Below are positions 31,020 through 40,897 of a stretch of 64,000 nucleotides of DNA, piece by piece. Made by a program: the position numbers and the translations under genes. The stretch spans positions 2,720,001-2,784,000 of the forward strand of contig OZ241889.1 in assembly GCA_965203355.1 (NCBI GenBank), given 5' to 3'. This stretch comes from Candidatus Latescibacterota bacterium. GTDB taxonomy: Bacteria > Latescibacterota > UBA2968 > UBA8231. Position 1 is the stretch's first letter. Every line of letters starts with the position of its first letter. The notes beneath the pieces were generated by a model that was given only the letters and a program-made list of their open reading frames with translations, ran no database searches and had not been told where the DNA came from.

Positions 31020-32375
31020 GTGAACTGGCTCGAACGCGCTGTAGAGGCTTGTGAAGGTGCGCGTTGGGCCGAGGCTCTGGACTGGTGCGAGCGCGGTCTA
31101 GCACTGGCACCCGACGACTTAGAGCTTCAGTATCACAAAGGGCTTTGCCTCGTGGAACTGGGGGACGAGCAAATGGCTATCGCCGCGCTGGAGGCGGCCG
31201 CGGCGCGTGGACATCTAGAAAGCCATTACCAACTCGGCTTGCTCGCAATGCGTCAAGGGCGGCGGAACGCCCGGTTCCGCGAGCAGTCCTTGGCGCACTT
31301 TGAGGCCATCGTGCGTGCGACTGAGGAAGGGCGCGAATACCCGGCCCTCGATCGCGTCTTTTTTGCTCTTGGTAGCCAATATAACGAAGATCCACAGCGT
31401 CGCGAGGAAGCCATCCGTGCGTTCCGCCAAGGGCTGGCACTCAACCCCCTTTCCGCGGCTGGCCACAACAGCTTGGGCCAGGTTTTGTTGCAAGGTGGCC
31501 AAGTGTTGGGGGCGATGGGGGAATTCAAGGTCGCCATCCAATTGGATCCCAAACTCAGTCAACCCTATGCGAATTTGGCCCGTTTGTTTTTTCGCCACGT
31601 AAAACCCCCTGAATTAGAACAAGAATACCAGCACATCTGCGAAGAATTCGCGCAAAGTGCGTCGCAAGTCATCGCGCGTCTGTCGCTGGAAATGGTCGAA
31701 TTGGGGAAGGAACAGGTGTACGAGGGGTTTTACACGAAGGGACATCGGATCAAAAACCTGATGGGGATCATCGGTAGTCGCTTGCGCGGGCTGGGGCGCA
31801 AGGCCGAAGGGGAGCAGCGGGGGGAGTTGGACCGCTTAGGAGGCGAATACGAGGCTCTGTACGATGAATGGGTGGGATTCTTGGAAGCGATGAAAACGGA
31901 TAGAATCCATCCGGTGGTGACTGATCTCGGGCGCTTGGTGCGCCGGGTGGCCGCCGGATTTGACCACCAAACTTGGAAATCCGCGATCCAGGCGCGGGTC
32001 CAAGAGGGCTTGCCGCGTGTGGAAGCCGACGAGCGGATGTTGCGCGAAGCCATTACCAACCTCTGCCTAAACGCCTTAGAAAGCCTCGAAGAAGGAAACG
32101 GCGGTCAAGTGATATTGGGGGCTGGCTACGACGAGGAGCAGTCGCTGGTCTTTATTGAGGTTGAGGACGATGGGCTAGGTATTGAGGAAGAGCATTTGGA
32201 ATTGATATTCGAGCCTGGATTTACCACTCGAGAGCGGGGCAATGGCTATGGCTTGAGCATTGCGCGCCGTATCGCCCAGGCTCATCAGGGGGTGCTGCGC
32301 GTCAAGAGTAGAAGGGGACATGGAACCGTTTTTCGGCTCGATCTGCCGCTCAGTTCTGCCGGCGGCGAGACCTAG
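31020..32375 (+). CDS. Soluble TPR-repeat histidine kinase
   Basis: N-terminal TPRs; H-box GHRIKNLM; N-box AITNLCLNALE; DDGLGI, IFEPGFTT, GNGYGL, GTVF; no TM segment. Confidence 0.9.
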   Translation: MNWLERAVEACEGARWAEALDWCERGLALAPDDLELQYHKGLCLVELGDEQMAIAALEAAAARGHLESHYQLGLLAMRQGRRNARFREQSLAHFEAIVRATEEGREYPALDRVFFALGSQYNEDPQRREEAIRAFRQGLALNPLSAAGHNSLGQVLLQGGQVLGAMGEFKVAIQLDPKLSQPYANLARLFFRHVKPPELEQEYQHICEEFAQSASQVIARLSLEMVELGKEQVYEGFYTKGHRIKNLMGIIGSRLRGLGRKAEGEQRGELDRLGGEYEALYDEWVGFLEAMKTDRIHPVVTDLGRLVRRVAAGFDHQTWKSAIQARVQEGLPRVEADERMLREAITNLCLNALESLEEGNGGQVILGAGYDEEQSLVFIEVEDDGLGIEEEHLELIFEPGFTTRERGNGYGLSIARRIAQAHQGVLRVKSRRGHGTVFRLDLPLSSAGGET

Positions 32376-32402
32376 CCTTTCAGTGATTGGACGAGGACGG
32401 GT

Positions 32403-33821
32403 ATGGCAAGCAAAAAACAGAAAGCCGTCTTAATCGCCGATGACCAGCAGGCATTGCGCGAGATGTTGGCGGAGAAACTGCGCAGTTTGGGCAAGGAGGT
32501 CATTTCTTTTTCTACTGGCCAGCGGTTACTCGGACATCTGGCCGCTAGGTCGACGGAAGTCGAGCTGGTGGTGCTGGATTTGGACTTTGGCTTTGGTCAG
32601 CCCAATGGTCTCGAAGTGCTAAAAGAGATCAAAAAGCACTGGGCCGAGTTGCCGGTTATCATTCTCACGGGCAAGGGAAGCGTTGATTTGGCGGTCGAAG
32701 CGGTACAAGCCGGGGCGGTGGATTTTATTGAAAAGGATTTGTACGTCGAGGACGAGCTAGAAGTTGAAATGGAAAAGGTCGAGCGGATGTTGGCGGTATT
32801 GCGCGAAAACGCCCGTCTCAAAGCCGAGAATCAGGCCCTAGACCGCGACAACACCTTTTACCGGACTCAGTTAGGACAGCGCTATCAGATCATCAGTCGC
32901 AGTCCTCTGATTCAGAGCCTGTTAAAGCAAGTTGAACTGATTGCTTCCATACCGCGGCCCGTATTGATCTGTGGCGAGCGCGGCACTGGCAAAGAGTTGA
33001 TTGCCGCGGCCTTGCACTCCGGTAGCAATCGCCGCGAGCGGGCCTTTGTCAAGATGAACTGCGCGGTGCTATCGGATACCCTGCTCGAAAGCGAGTTGTT
33101 TGGCCACGAGAAAGGGGCCTTTACGGGCGCGACCGAGATGCGCCGCGGTCGCTTTGAAGCCGCCGATGGTGGTACGCTCTTCCTCGACGAGATCGGCAAT
33201 ACTTCGCTGGACTTCCAAAAAAACGTATTGCGCGTGATAGAATACCAGGAGTTTGAACGCACGGGCGGGACGCAGACAATCCACGTCGACGTACGCGTCG
33301 TGGCGGCGACCAACGCGGATCTGGAGCGAGAAATAGCAAGTGGTCAATTCCGCGCCGATCTCTACGACCGCCTGCGGTTTAGCGTGTTCCAACTACCGCC
33401 CTTGCGGGAGCGGCCTGAGGACATCCGGCCCTTGGTTGCGTACTTTACACAGCAGCTATGCGACGAAGTGCCCGCAATTGAACGACGTCCGTTCGCCGAA
33501 GGTGTTTTGACTAGGCTAGAGAGCTACGCTTGGCCGGGCAATGTGCGCGAGCTCAAATTCGCGGTCGAGCGCGCGCTCTGCGTTGCACAAGAAGACGAAG
33601 TGAGCGTAGAGGACTTACCCCCGGAAGTGCTTGGCAGCAGTGGCGTTGCCCTTCCTGATGGAGGAAGTTTTGACGAACAAGTCGAGTGCGTCGCACGAGG
33701 CTTACTCGTCAGTGCGCTCTCCCAAGCGGGAGGGCGGCAGAAAGACGCAGCCCAGCAGTTGGGCTTGACCTACGACCGCTTTCGACACTTGCTCCGCAAA
33801 TACCAAATCATCGCCAAATGA
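32403..33821 (+). CDS. sigma54-dependent response regulator (REC + AAA+ + PspF-type HTH)
   Basis: ADD…VLDLD receiver; GERGTGKE, ELFGHEKGAFTGA, LFLDEIG, WPGNVRELK; the C-terminal AAQQLGLTYDRFRHLLRKY resembles PspF. Confidence 0.92.
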   Translation: MASKKQKAVLIADDQQALREMLAEKLRSLGKEVISFSTGQRLLGHLAARSTEVELVVLDLDFGFGQPNGLEVLKEIKKHWAELPVIILTGKGSVDLAVEAVQAGAVDFIEKDLYVEDELEVEMEKVERMLAVLRENARLKAENQALDRDNTFYRTQLGQRYQIISRSPLIQSLLKQVELIASIPRPVLICGERGTGKELIAAALHSGSNRRERAFVKMNCAVLSDTLLESELFGHEKGAFTGATEMRRGRFEAADGGTLFLDEIGNTSLDFQKNVLRVIEYQEFERTGGTQTIHVDVRVVAATNADLEREIASGQFRADLYDRLRFSVFQLPPLRERPEDIRPLVAYFTQQLCDEVPAIERRPFAEGVLTRLESYAWPGNVRELKFAVERALCVAQEDEVSVEDLPPEVLGSSGVALPDGGSFDEQVECVARGLLVSALSQAGGRQKDAAQQLGLTYDRFRHLLRKYQIIAK

Positions 33822-33849
33822 CCCATCGCGTCCTCTCGGCCATGGCTTG

Positions 33850-33877
33850 TTGACAGTGGGAACGCGCCGGGTATATT
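33850..33877 (+). promoter_or_regulatory. Putative sigma70 promoter
   Basis: TTGACA-N16-TATATT upstream of 33917. Confidence 0.5.
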
Positions 33878-33916
33878 AGCCTTAACCGCTAATGTTCCCA
33901 TACGGGCGGGAGGCAC

Positions 33917-34240
33917 ATGGAAAAAATTTACAAAGTCGAGACCACACTTTCCCACAGCTTGGCCGAACTCTATGCTGGCCTCGAAGAGGAGTTCGCCAAC
34001 AAAAGCAGTATCCCCCTCTCGGACATGAACCGCACGTTGTTGCAAACGGGCTTGATCCACCACCTGACAATGATGAGCGGATTGGGGCTGATCGAGTCTG
34101 AGAAAGCCAAAAAGTTGCACAAGTTGATCGACCAAGTCGCGAAGGATACCATACTCTGGGACCTATTGCAGATGGTGCGGACCTACTGGCGGGATTGCGG
34201 TGCTGGTGGTCCGGGTAACTCCGGTGGCCTCAACGCTTGA
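33917..34240 (+). CDS. Hypothetical protein, possible ribbon-helix-helix N-terminus
   Basis: GGAGG RBS and own promoter; beta-alpha-alpha pattern IYKVETTL-SHSLAELYAGLEEEF-PLSDMNRTLLQTGL. Confidence 0.65.
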   Translation: MEKIYKVETTLSHSLAELYAGLEEEFANKSSIPLSDMNRTLLQTGLIHHLTMMSGLGLIESEKAKKLHKLIDQVAKDTILWDLLQMVRTYWRDCGAGGPGNSGGLNA

Positions 34241-34290
34241 TGTGGTGCTTATAACTCGTTGTACAGATTGTAGTTCAGAGGGATGTGTGG

Positions 34291-34319
34291 TTGACAACCC
34301 CCGCGGCCACAAGTATTAT
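34291..34319 (+). promoter_or_regulatory. sigma70 promoter of the iscU-like/sodA/prx cluster
   Basis: TTGACA-N17-TATTAT. Confidence 0.7.
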
Positions 34320-34366
34320 ACAACCCGTTCTTCGGCCCTCTTTAACTAGGCTTTTGAAGCGAGCAG

Positions 34367-34744
34367 ATGACCTCCTTTAGTGCAGCCGTCTTCGACCATT
34401 ATCGGCACCCTCGCAACGCCGGGCAAATCGGCGATGCCAATGCCTCGGGGCAAGCTGAAAATCAGGCGTGTGGCGACGCGATGCAGCTTTTTGCCCGCGT
34501 CGAAGACGGTCGGATCGTCCGCGCTAGCTGCAAGACCTTTGGCTGTGCGCCTTCGGTCGCGGCTGGCTCGGTGCTCACCGAGTTGCTGGCAGACTCACTG
34601 CTAGTGGATGCAGCCGAGCTAACGTCGGCAACTATTGAAGAGGCGCTAGGAGGGCTGCCGCCCATGAAGCGCCACGCCGCCCAACTAGCTGCTGACGCGG
34701 CTCGGGCCCTAGTAAAAAGTTATCAGGCCAATACGGCCGTCTAA
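34367..34744 (+). CDS. NifU/IscU-like Fe-S scaffold domain protein
   Basis: DHYRHPRNAG, ACGD, FGCAPSVAAGS, LGGLPPMKRH. Confidence 0.85.
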   Translation: MTSFSAAVFDHYRHPRNAGQIGDANASGQAENQACGDAMQLFARVEDGRIVRASCKTFGCAPSVAAGSVLTELLADSLLVDAAELTSATIEEALGGLPPMKRHAAQLAADAARALVKSYQANTAV

Positions 34745-34779
34745 AGCATCTTTAAATCTCAAACCGAAAGGATTGCACC

Positions 34780-35400
34780 ATGGCTCACTCTCTTCCCGAT
34801 CTCCCCTACGCCTATGACGCGCTAGCGCCTGTCATAGATGCCCGCACCATGGAGATTCACCACACCAAGCATCACAACACCTATGTGACCAGTCTCAATA
34901 CCGCGCTCGAAGGGTACGACGACTTGGCCGCCAAAAGCACTGAAGACCTCATCAGCGACCTCGACGCCGTCCCCGAGGGTATCCGCACAGCGGTGCGCAA
35001 CCACGGCGGCGGTCATGCCAATCACAGCCTATTTTGGCAGATCATGGCACCAGCGGGGGAGCGCGGCGAGCCTTCGGCTGAGATCCTCGCCGCTGCCGCC
35101 GCCAAATTTGGCAGTCAAGACGCAGCCCGCGCAGCCTTCGTGGATGCCGCAACCAAGCGATTCGGCAGCGGTTGGGCTTGGGTTGTGGTCAAGGATGGCG
35201 CACTTGATATCCTCAGCACTGCCAATCAGGACAATCCCCTAATGGACGGCAGCGGAGTTCCCGTCCTTGGTATCGATGTTTGGGAACACGCCTATTATCT
35301 CAACTATCAAAACCGTCGGCCTGACTACATTGCCGCTTGGATTGAGACTGTCAACTGGAACGAAGTCAATCGCCGTTTTACCGAAGCGATGGGGAGTTAG
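34780..35400 (+). CDS. sodA: Superoxide dismutase (Mn-type)
   Basis: [35 protein letters not shown]. Confidence 0.96.
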   Translation: MAHSLPDLPYAYDALAPVIDARTMEIHHTKHHNTYVTSLNTALEGYDDLAAKSTEDLISDLDAVPEGIRTAVRNHGGGHANHSLFWQIMAPAGERGEPSAEILAAAAAKFGSQDAARAAFVDAATKRFGSGWAWVVVKDGALDILSTANQDNPLMDGSGVPVLGIDVWEHAYYLNYQNRRPDYIAAWIETVNWNEVNRRFTEAMGS

Positions 35401-35403
35401 CAG

Positions 35404-35871
35404 ATGGCGATTCAAGTAGGAGATACAGCGCCCGCGTTCACCCTCAAGAATGTGGATATGGAGGACGTCAGTCTCGGCGATTTCGCTGGTAAAAACGTCG
35501 TCTTGCTCTTCGTGCCGCTGGCTTTCACCGGCGTTTGTACACGGGAATTGTGTGAGATTTCCGCGGGAATCAATGCGTACCAAGATCTTGATGCCGAGGT
35601 TTTGGGAATCAGCGTCGATAGCCCGTTTAGCCTCAGCGCTTGGGCCGAAAAGGAAGGTATCGAGATCCCATTGCTCAGCGATTTCAACAAGGAAGTCTCC
35701 GCTGAGTACGGTGCCCAACACGAAGACCTGTTGGGCTTTAAAGGCGTTGCCAAACGCTCGGCCTTTGTCGTCGATGGGCAAGGCATTATCCGCTACGTTT
35801 GGGTGTCCGACAATCCCAAGGTCCTGCCGGATTTTGCGGCCATTCGGGCCTGTTTGCAATCGCTCAACTGA
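35404..35871 (+). CDS. Peroxiredoxin (AhpE/BCP-like)
   Basis: PLAFTGVCTRE peroxidatic motif, GISVDS, LLSDFN, RSAFVVD. Confidence 0.9.
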   Translation: MAIQVGDTAPAFTLKNVDMEDVSLGDFAGKNVVLLFVPLAFTGVCTRELCEISAGINAYQDLDAEVLGISVDSPFSLSAWAEKEGIEIPLLSDFNKEVSAEYGAQHEDLLGFKGVAKRSAFVVDGQGIIRYVWVSDNPKVLPDFAAIRACLQSLN

Positions 35872-35955
35872 AGCACTTCGTTTTCGCAGTAGAGTGGGGC
35901 AAGGCACAGAAGGCTTTGCCCCACTGTTTTAGTACCCGCAAAGGAAAGTAGCCCA

Positions 35956-36573
35956 ATGGAAGATGCGACGCTTAGCGAGCGAGATACCCCAAGCTGGCTC
36001 CAGGGCCAGAACAAGGCCAAGGCTGCCGAAATAGCCGGTTACTTCGCCCAGATCATGCAGGTTTTGGGACTCGACTTGAGCGACCCGCACTTGCGGCGCA
36101 CCCCAGACCGCGTCGGGCGGATGTACATGGAGATCTTTCGGGAACTAGACGCCCAAGGCGAACCGGAGATTACTTGTTTTCCCAATAGCGATGGCTATGA
36201 CAACATGGTGATTGTCAAGGACATTGAGTTCTTTTCGGTTTGTTCCCATCACATGATTCCGTTCTTTGGCAAGGCGCACATAGCCTACATACCAGGAGAC
36301 GCGATCGTTGGTTTGAGCAAAATCGTGCGCATTGTCGAATTTTACGCCCGCCGGCCCCAGCTCCAAGAGCGTCTCACCCAGCAAATCGTGGACTTCCTCG
36401 AGGCCAAGCTGGCCCCCCAAGGCTCCATCGTCGTGATGGAGGCTCGGCATTTGTGCATGGAGATGCGGGGCGTGGAAAGGCCCGGGGCCGTGACGACTAC
36501 TTCAGCACTCCGGGGCCGTTTTGCCGAGCCGATAGTGCGCGAGGAATTTTTTAACTTAATCAAGAAAAATTAA
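35956..36573 (+). CDS. folE: GTP cyclohydrolase I
   Basis: TPDRV, SVCSHHMIPF, GLSKI, RPQLQERLT, HLCMEMRG. Confidence 0.96.
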   Translation: MEDATLSERDTPSWLQGQNKAKAAEIAGYFAQIMQVLGLDLSDPHLRRTPDRVGRMYMEIFRELDAQGEPEITCFPNSDGYDNMVIVKDIEFFSVCSHHMIPFFGKAHIAYIPGDAIVGLSKIVRIVEFYARRPQLQERLTQQIVDFLEAKLAPQGSIVVMEARHLCMEMRGVERPGAVTTTSALRGRFAEPIVREEFFNLIKKN

Positions 36574-36592
36574 AGCAGCACGGGACCAACCC

Positions 36593-37954
36593 ATGTCTGA
36601 GATTCAAGAGCAGGTGCTGACATCGCCCACCAACGCGGTATTCGATACCTCCCACCGGGACTTGCGAGACGACGAGTATTGGCGCGCCATTCCCGCCTAT
36701 GCCGATTTGTGCGCCGATGAGTTTCACGAGCACCGCTTTCAGAGTCGCAATAGCGTGACGAGCCTGAAGAAACTGCGGGAGGTGCTCGGCGGACTCGTTT
36801 CAGAAGCGTTTTATCGCGATGTCGAGCAAGGGCTTTTGCGCTCACCGATGAGCCTGCGGATTTCTCCATATCTACTGAGCCTGATTGACTGGTCGGGGCC
36901 CGCTGAGGATCCCCTGCGCATTCAGTTTCTGCCCATGGGGTCTCGGATGCGACCCGACCATCCAGAACTCGCCCTAGATTCGCTGCACGAGCAAGTGGAT
37001 TCCCCCGTGCCGGGCCTGACGCACCGCTATGCCGACCGGGCGCTGTTTCTGACGCTCGACACTTGTCCAGTGTATTGCCGTTTCTGCACTCGTTCCTATG
37101 CGGTAGGGTTGGATACCGAGGACGTGGAAAAAGTGCATTTTGGGGCCATTGCCCAGCGGTGGGAGCAGGTTTTTGCCTATGTCGCTTCGCGGCCCGAGTT
37201 AGAAGACATCGTCATCAGCGGCGGCGATGTGGCCAACCTCAAGGCCGAACACATCGAATACATCGGCACTCGCTTGCTCAACATCGAACACGTGCGGCGG
37301 ATGCGCTACGCGACAAAAGCGCCGGCGATTATGCCGCAGAAACTCGTCACAGACCGCGAGTGGGTTGATGCCCTTGCGCGGGTTGTCGAGGCAGGACGCA
37401 AGATCCACAAGGAAGTCGCGTTGCACACGCATTTCAACCATCCGCGCGAAATCACGGCCATCAGCGGCCGCGCACTCGACGAATTGATGGAGCGCGGCAT
37501 CTGGGTGCGCAACCAAACCGTCTTGCAAAGGGGTGTCAACGACGACGTCAACACCATGCAGCATCTCGTGCGGCAACTCAGTTACCTCAATGTGCATCCG
37601 TATTACACTTTTGTGCACGATATGGTGCGTGGGGTCGAAGAGCTGCGCACGACTTTGGCGACGGCTATTTCCCTAGAGAAGGCGGTGCGCGGGCGAACCG
37701 CGGGCTTCAATACGCCGTCCTTTGTGCTCGACACTATGGGGGGCGGGGGGAAGCGCGATGTCCACTCCTACGAACACTATGATCGCCAGACGGGCATCGC
37801 CGTATTTACTAGCCCAGCCGTGCGGCCCGGCGAATTCTTCTTTTACTACGATCCCTTAGACGCGCTCGATCCGTTGACCATCCAGCGCTGGAGCGATCCG
37901 GCCGAGCGTACGGCTATGCGGCAAGCGGCGTTAGAAGCTGCCTACCAGACGTAG
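36593..37954 (+). CDS. KamA-family radical SAM aminomutase (lysine 2,3-aminomutase-like)
   Basis: DSLHEQ…PGLTHRY, CPVYCRFCTR, ISGGD, THFNHPREIT, NQTVL, GGGGK. Confidence 0.9.
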   Translation: MSEIQEQVLTSPTNAVFDTSHRDLRDDEYWRAIPAYADLCADEFHEHRFQSRNSVTSLKKLREVLGGLVSEAFYRDVEQGLLRSPMSLRISPYLLSLIDWSGPAEDPLRIQFLPMGSRMRPDHPELALDSLHEQVDSPVPGLTHRYADRALFLTLDTCPVYCRFCTRSYAVGLDTEDVEKVHFGAIAQRWEQVFAYVASRPELEDIVISGGDVANLKAEHIEYIGTRLLNIEHVRRMRYATKAPAIMPQKLVTDREWVDALARVVEAGRKIHKEVALHTHFNHPREITAISGRALDELMERGIWVRNQTVLQRGVNDDVNTMQHLVRQLSYLNVHPYYTFVHDMVRGVEELRTTLATAISLEKAVRGRTAGFNTPSFVLDTMGGGGKRDVHSYEHYDRQTGIAVFTSPAVRPGEFFFYYDPLDALDPLTIQRWSDPAERTAMRQAALEAAYQT

Positions 37955-38051
37955 CGAACGGGCAGTCGCAAGGACCGGCATTTGCCCTTGTGGACTCGTA
38001 TGTCTTATCTATTAGCAAAATCGAACCTTAAGACCATCAGGGTGTACAGCA

Positions 38052-39710
38052 ATGGAATATCCAGATATGCTCCAAACATTAATGGGTTTGGGCCTGCTCG
38101 CTTTGGGCGGTGGTCTGGGTTTTCTGCTGAGTTATCAATTAAAAAGGGGCGCCCTGCCCCAAGTGGAGAAAGAAGCAGAAGACCGAGTTCGGCAGCAGCT
38201 AGCCGAAGAGGAGCGCACAATGCGGCTGAGTTTGCTCGAAGAACGGGATGACTGGCATAAAACCAAAGTCCACCAAGAGGCCGAGTTAGAAGGTCAACTG
38301 GCCGATTTGAACCGCCGCGACAAGAGCCTGACGAAGCTCGTGCGCGACCTCAATAGCCAGAAAGAAGAGCAGAGCCGGGCGTGGAACCGCCTCAAAAATC
38401 AAGAGCAACGGCTTGGCCAGCGCGAACGGACCTTAAAAAAAGAAGAAGAGGAACTGGGCCAAATGCGCGTCGAGTACCAGCAACGTCTAGAATTGGCCAG
38501 TGGGCTGCCCGCAGACGAGGCCCGCGAACAGATGATGGAGCATCTGGCCGGCGAGGTCCGCGGACGGGCTGCGGCCCTGATCCGCAGCGAGCGCACCAAG
38601 GCTAAGGAAGAGTCGGACCGAGAAGCCAAAAAAATCATCGCCCAAGCTATTCAGCGTTGTGCGGTTGAAGAGACCACCCACTTGGTCACCTCGGCCGTGC
38701 CCTTGCCCAACGAGGGAATAAAAAGTCGCATCATTGGCAAGGAAGGACGCAACGTGCGTGCCTTTGAGATGGCGACCGGAGTCAAAGTCGTGGTTGATGA
38801 CACACCCGACGCGGTGTTGCTTTCGTCCTACGATCCAGCGCGGCGCGAAGTGGCTAGCCGCGCCATGCAGCAGCTAATCAGCAGCGGCGGTTTCACGCCA
38901 ACCAAGATTGAGGAAGTAGTAGAGGAGTGCCGCAAGACCCTAAACCAAGACATGGTCGCGGTCGGTAAGAGTGCCCTCAGCGAGATTGGGGCTAGTCAGT
39001 ACCACACTGATTTGCCCTATTATGTGGGTATGCTCAAATATCGCGCTAGTTTGGGACAAAACCTTTTACAGCACTGTCTAGAGGTCGCCCATTTAGCCGG
39101 TGGGATGGCTGCCGAGGTCGGATTGGATGTGTCGTTGGCCAAGCGGGCCGGCCTCTTGCACGATATCGGTAAGACCGTCAGCAAGGAGCTAGAAGGAGGC
39201 CACGTCGAATTGGGTATCAAGCTAGGCGAGCAATTCGCCGAGCATGAGACCGTTAAGGAAGTCATCGCCGAGCACCACGAGGACCACGATCGTCTTTCGC
39301 CGATCTGCTTCTTGGTCAAGGCGGCTGATACTATATCGTCGATACGGCCTGGCGGACGGCGCGAGGACCTCGAAGGGTACACCCGCCGCATTATGCGTTT
39401 GGAAGAAATCGCGACTTCATTTGCGGGCGTCACAGACGTGTACGCCATCAATGCCGGCCGCGAGGTCCGCGTCATGGTCTGCGGCGAACAGATCGGGGAT
39501 GAAGACGCCGAGATGCTGGCATTCGACATCGCCGAGCGGGTCAAGACCGAGTTGACTTTTGCCGGCCAAGTCAAGGTCGTGGTCGTGCGCCAGACGCAGG
39601 TGGTGCGCCATACCGAGCGGAGCCGTTTTGATCGGCGCAACAACGGGCCGCGCAATAGGAATGGTCGTCGGCCGCGCAACGAAGACCGCAAAGGGAGTAC
39701 CGGCCGCTAA
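38052..39710 (+). CDS. rny: Ribonuclease Y
   Basis: N-terminal TM, coiled coil, KH (RIIGKEGRNVRAFE), HD (LLHDIGK…HHE), RPGGRRE, AINAGREVRV. Confidence 0.95.
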   Translation: MEYPDMLQTLMGLGLLALGGGLGFLLSYQLKRGALPQVEKEAEDRVRQQLAEEERTMRLSLLEERDDWHKTKVHQEAELEGQLADLNRRDKSLTKLVRDLNSQKEEQSRAWNRLKNQEQRLGQRERTLKKEEEELGQMRVEYQQRLELASGLPADEAREQMMEHLAGEVRGRAAALIRSERTKAKEESDREAKKIIAQAIQRCAVEETTHLVTSAVPLPNEGIKSRIIGKEGRNVRAFEMATGVKVVVDDTPDAVLLSSYDPARREVASRAMQQLISSGGFTPTKIEEVVEECRKTLNQDMVAVGKSALSEIGASQYHTDLPYYVGMLKYRASLGQNLLQHCLEVAHLAGGMAAEVGLDVSLAKRAGLLHDIGKTVSKELEGGHVELGIKLGEQFAEHETVKEVIAEHHEDHDRLSPICFLVKAADTISSIRPGGRREDLEGYTRRIMRLEEIATSFAGVTDVYAINAGREVRVMVCGEQIGDEDAEMLAFDIAERVKTELTFAGQVKVVVVRQTQVVRHTERSRFDRRNNGPRNRNGRRPRNEDRKGSTGR

Positions 39711-39726
39711 ATTCGCCTCCGCTGAA

Positions 39727-40893
39727 ATGGTTGACGACCCTAAAAAAATCGTCGTCCTCGGCTGCACCGGGTCTATTGGCGACACGTGTTTCAAAGTTCT
39801 CGAAAACTTGGGAGATGGGTACGAGATTGTGGGCTTGTCAGGGGGGGCCAAGGTCGAAAAACTAATCGCGTCCGCACGCTGCTGGCAGCCGCAAAAAATC
39901 TGCGTTCTAGAAACCGAGGCCAGAAAGTGGGTGCAGAGTGCAGTGCCGCAGGTCGAGGTAGTTTGCGGTGCAGAGGGATTGTGTGAACTGGCTACCATGC
40001 CGGAAGCAGATTTGGTGCTCAACGGGCTGGTCGGGGCTGTCGGCCTCGCTCCGACGCTGGCGGCGTTAGCACAGGGCAAGACCGTGGCCATGGCTAACAA
40101 AGAACCGCTGGTCATGGCAGGCGGTCTGATCTTGCAGCAAGCCGAGCGCGGTGGAGGGACTGTGCTGCCATTGGACAGTGAGCCTAACGCCATTTGGCAG
40201 TGCCTGAAAGGCGAAGATCGCAAAAGCCTGAAGCGGATAATCCTCACGGCCTCAGGAGGGCCGTTTTGGGGGCGCAGTCGCGAGCAGATGCGCAACATTA
40301 CCCCAGAGCAGGCCATTGATCACCCCACCTGGAAAATGGGTGCCAAGATCAGCGTGGATTCGGCAACCCTGATGAATAAAGGCTTCGAAGTCATCGAGGC
40401 GGCTTGGCTATTTGGCGTGGCGGTCGAGCAAGTGGATGTGGTCGTCCACCGTCAATCCGTTGTGCATGCGCTGGTTGAATTCGCCGATGGATCGCTGTTA
40501 GCGCACATGGGCAAGACCGATATGATGCTGCCGATCCAATACGCGCTGACTCACCCAGAGCGGCGGGCGGTTCCGCTCGACAATCTCGACCTCAAACAAG
40601 TGGGTCAACTCAGTTTCGCCGCGCCAGACAGAGCGAATTTTCCCTGTTTGGATCTGTGCTACGAAGCAGGCCGGCGTGGCGGGACCTTTCCAGCCGTTCT
40701 CAACGCGGCCAACGAGGAGGCGGTGAGGGCTTTTTTAATGCGGAGAATCGGATTTCTCGACATCGCCGACCTGAACTGCGACGTGTTGGCACACTGCGGC
40801 ACACAGGAGGCGGTTTCGCTCGAATCCATACTATACGAGGATCGCCGCGCCCGGCGACTGGCCCAAGAGTGGGTCGCCGGGCGGGCCGGATAA
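39727..40893 (+). CDS. dxr: 1-deoxy-D-xylulose-5-phosphate reductoisomerase
   Basis: LGCTGSIG, ANKE, LPLDSE, TASGGPF, HPTWKMGAKISVDSATLMNKG, NAANE. Confidence 0.97.
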   Translation: MVDDPKKIVVLGCTGSIGDTCFKVLENLGDGYEIVGLSGGAKVEKLIASARCWQPQKICVLETEARKWVQSAVPQVEVVCGAEGLCELATMPEADLVLNGLVGAVGLAPTLAALAQGKTVAMANKEPLVMAGGLILQQAERGGGTVLPLDSEPNAIWQCLKGEDRKSLKRIILTASGGPFWGRSREQMRNITPEQAIDHPTWKMGAKISVDSATLMNKGFEVIEAAWLFGVAVEQVDVVVHRQSVVHALVEFADGSLLAHMGKTDMMLPIQYALTHPERRAVPLDNLDLKQVGQLSFAAPDRANFPCLDLCYEAGRRGGTFPAVLNAANEEAVRAFLMRRIGFLDIADLNCDVLAHCGTQEAVSLESILYEDRRARRLAQEWVAGRAG

Positions 40894-40897
40894 ACTT

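Noticed and set aside
39559-39726. N-terminal extension of dxr overlapping rny
   Set aside because: The Dxr Rossmann motif begins right after the ATG at 39727.
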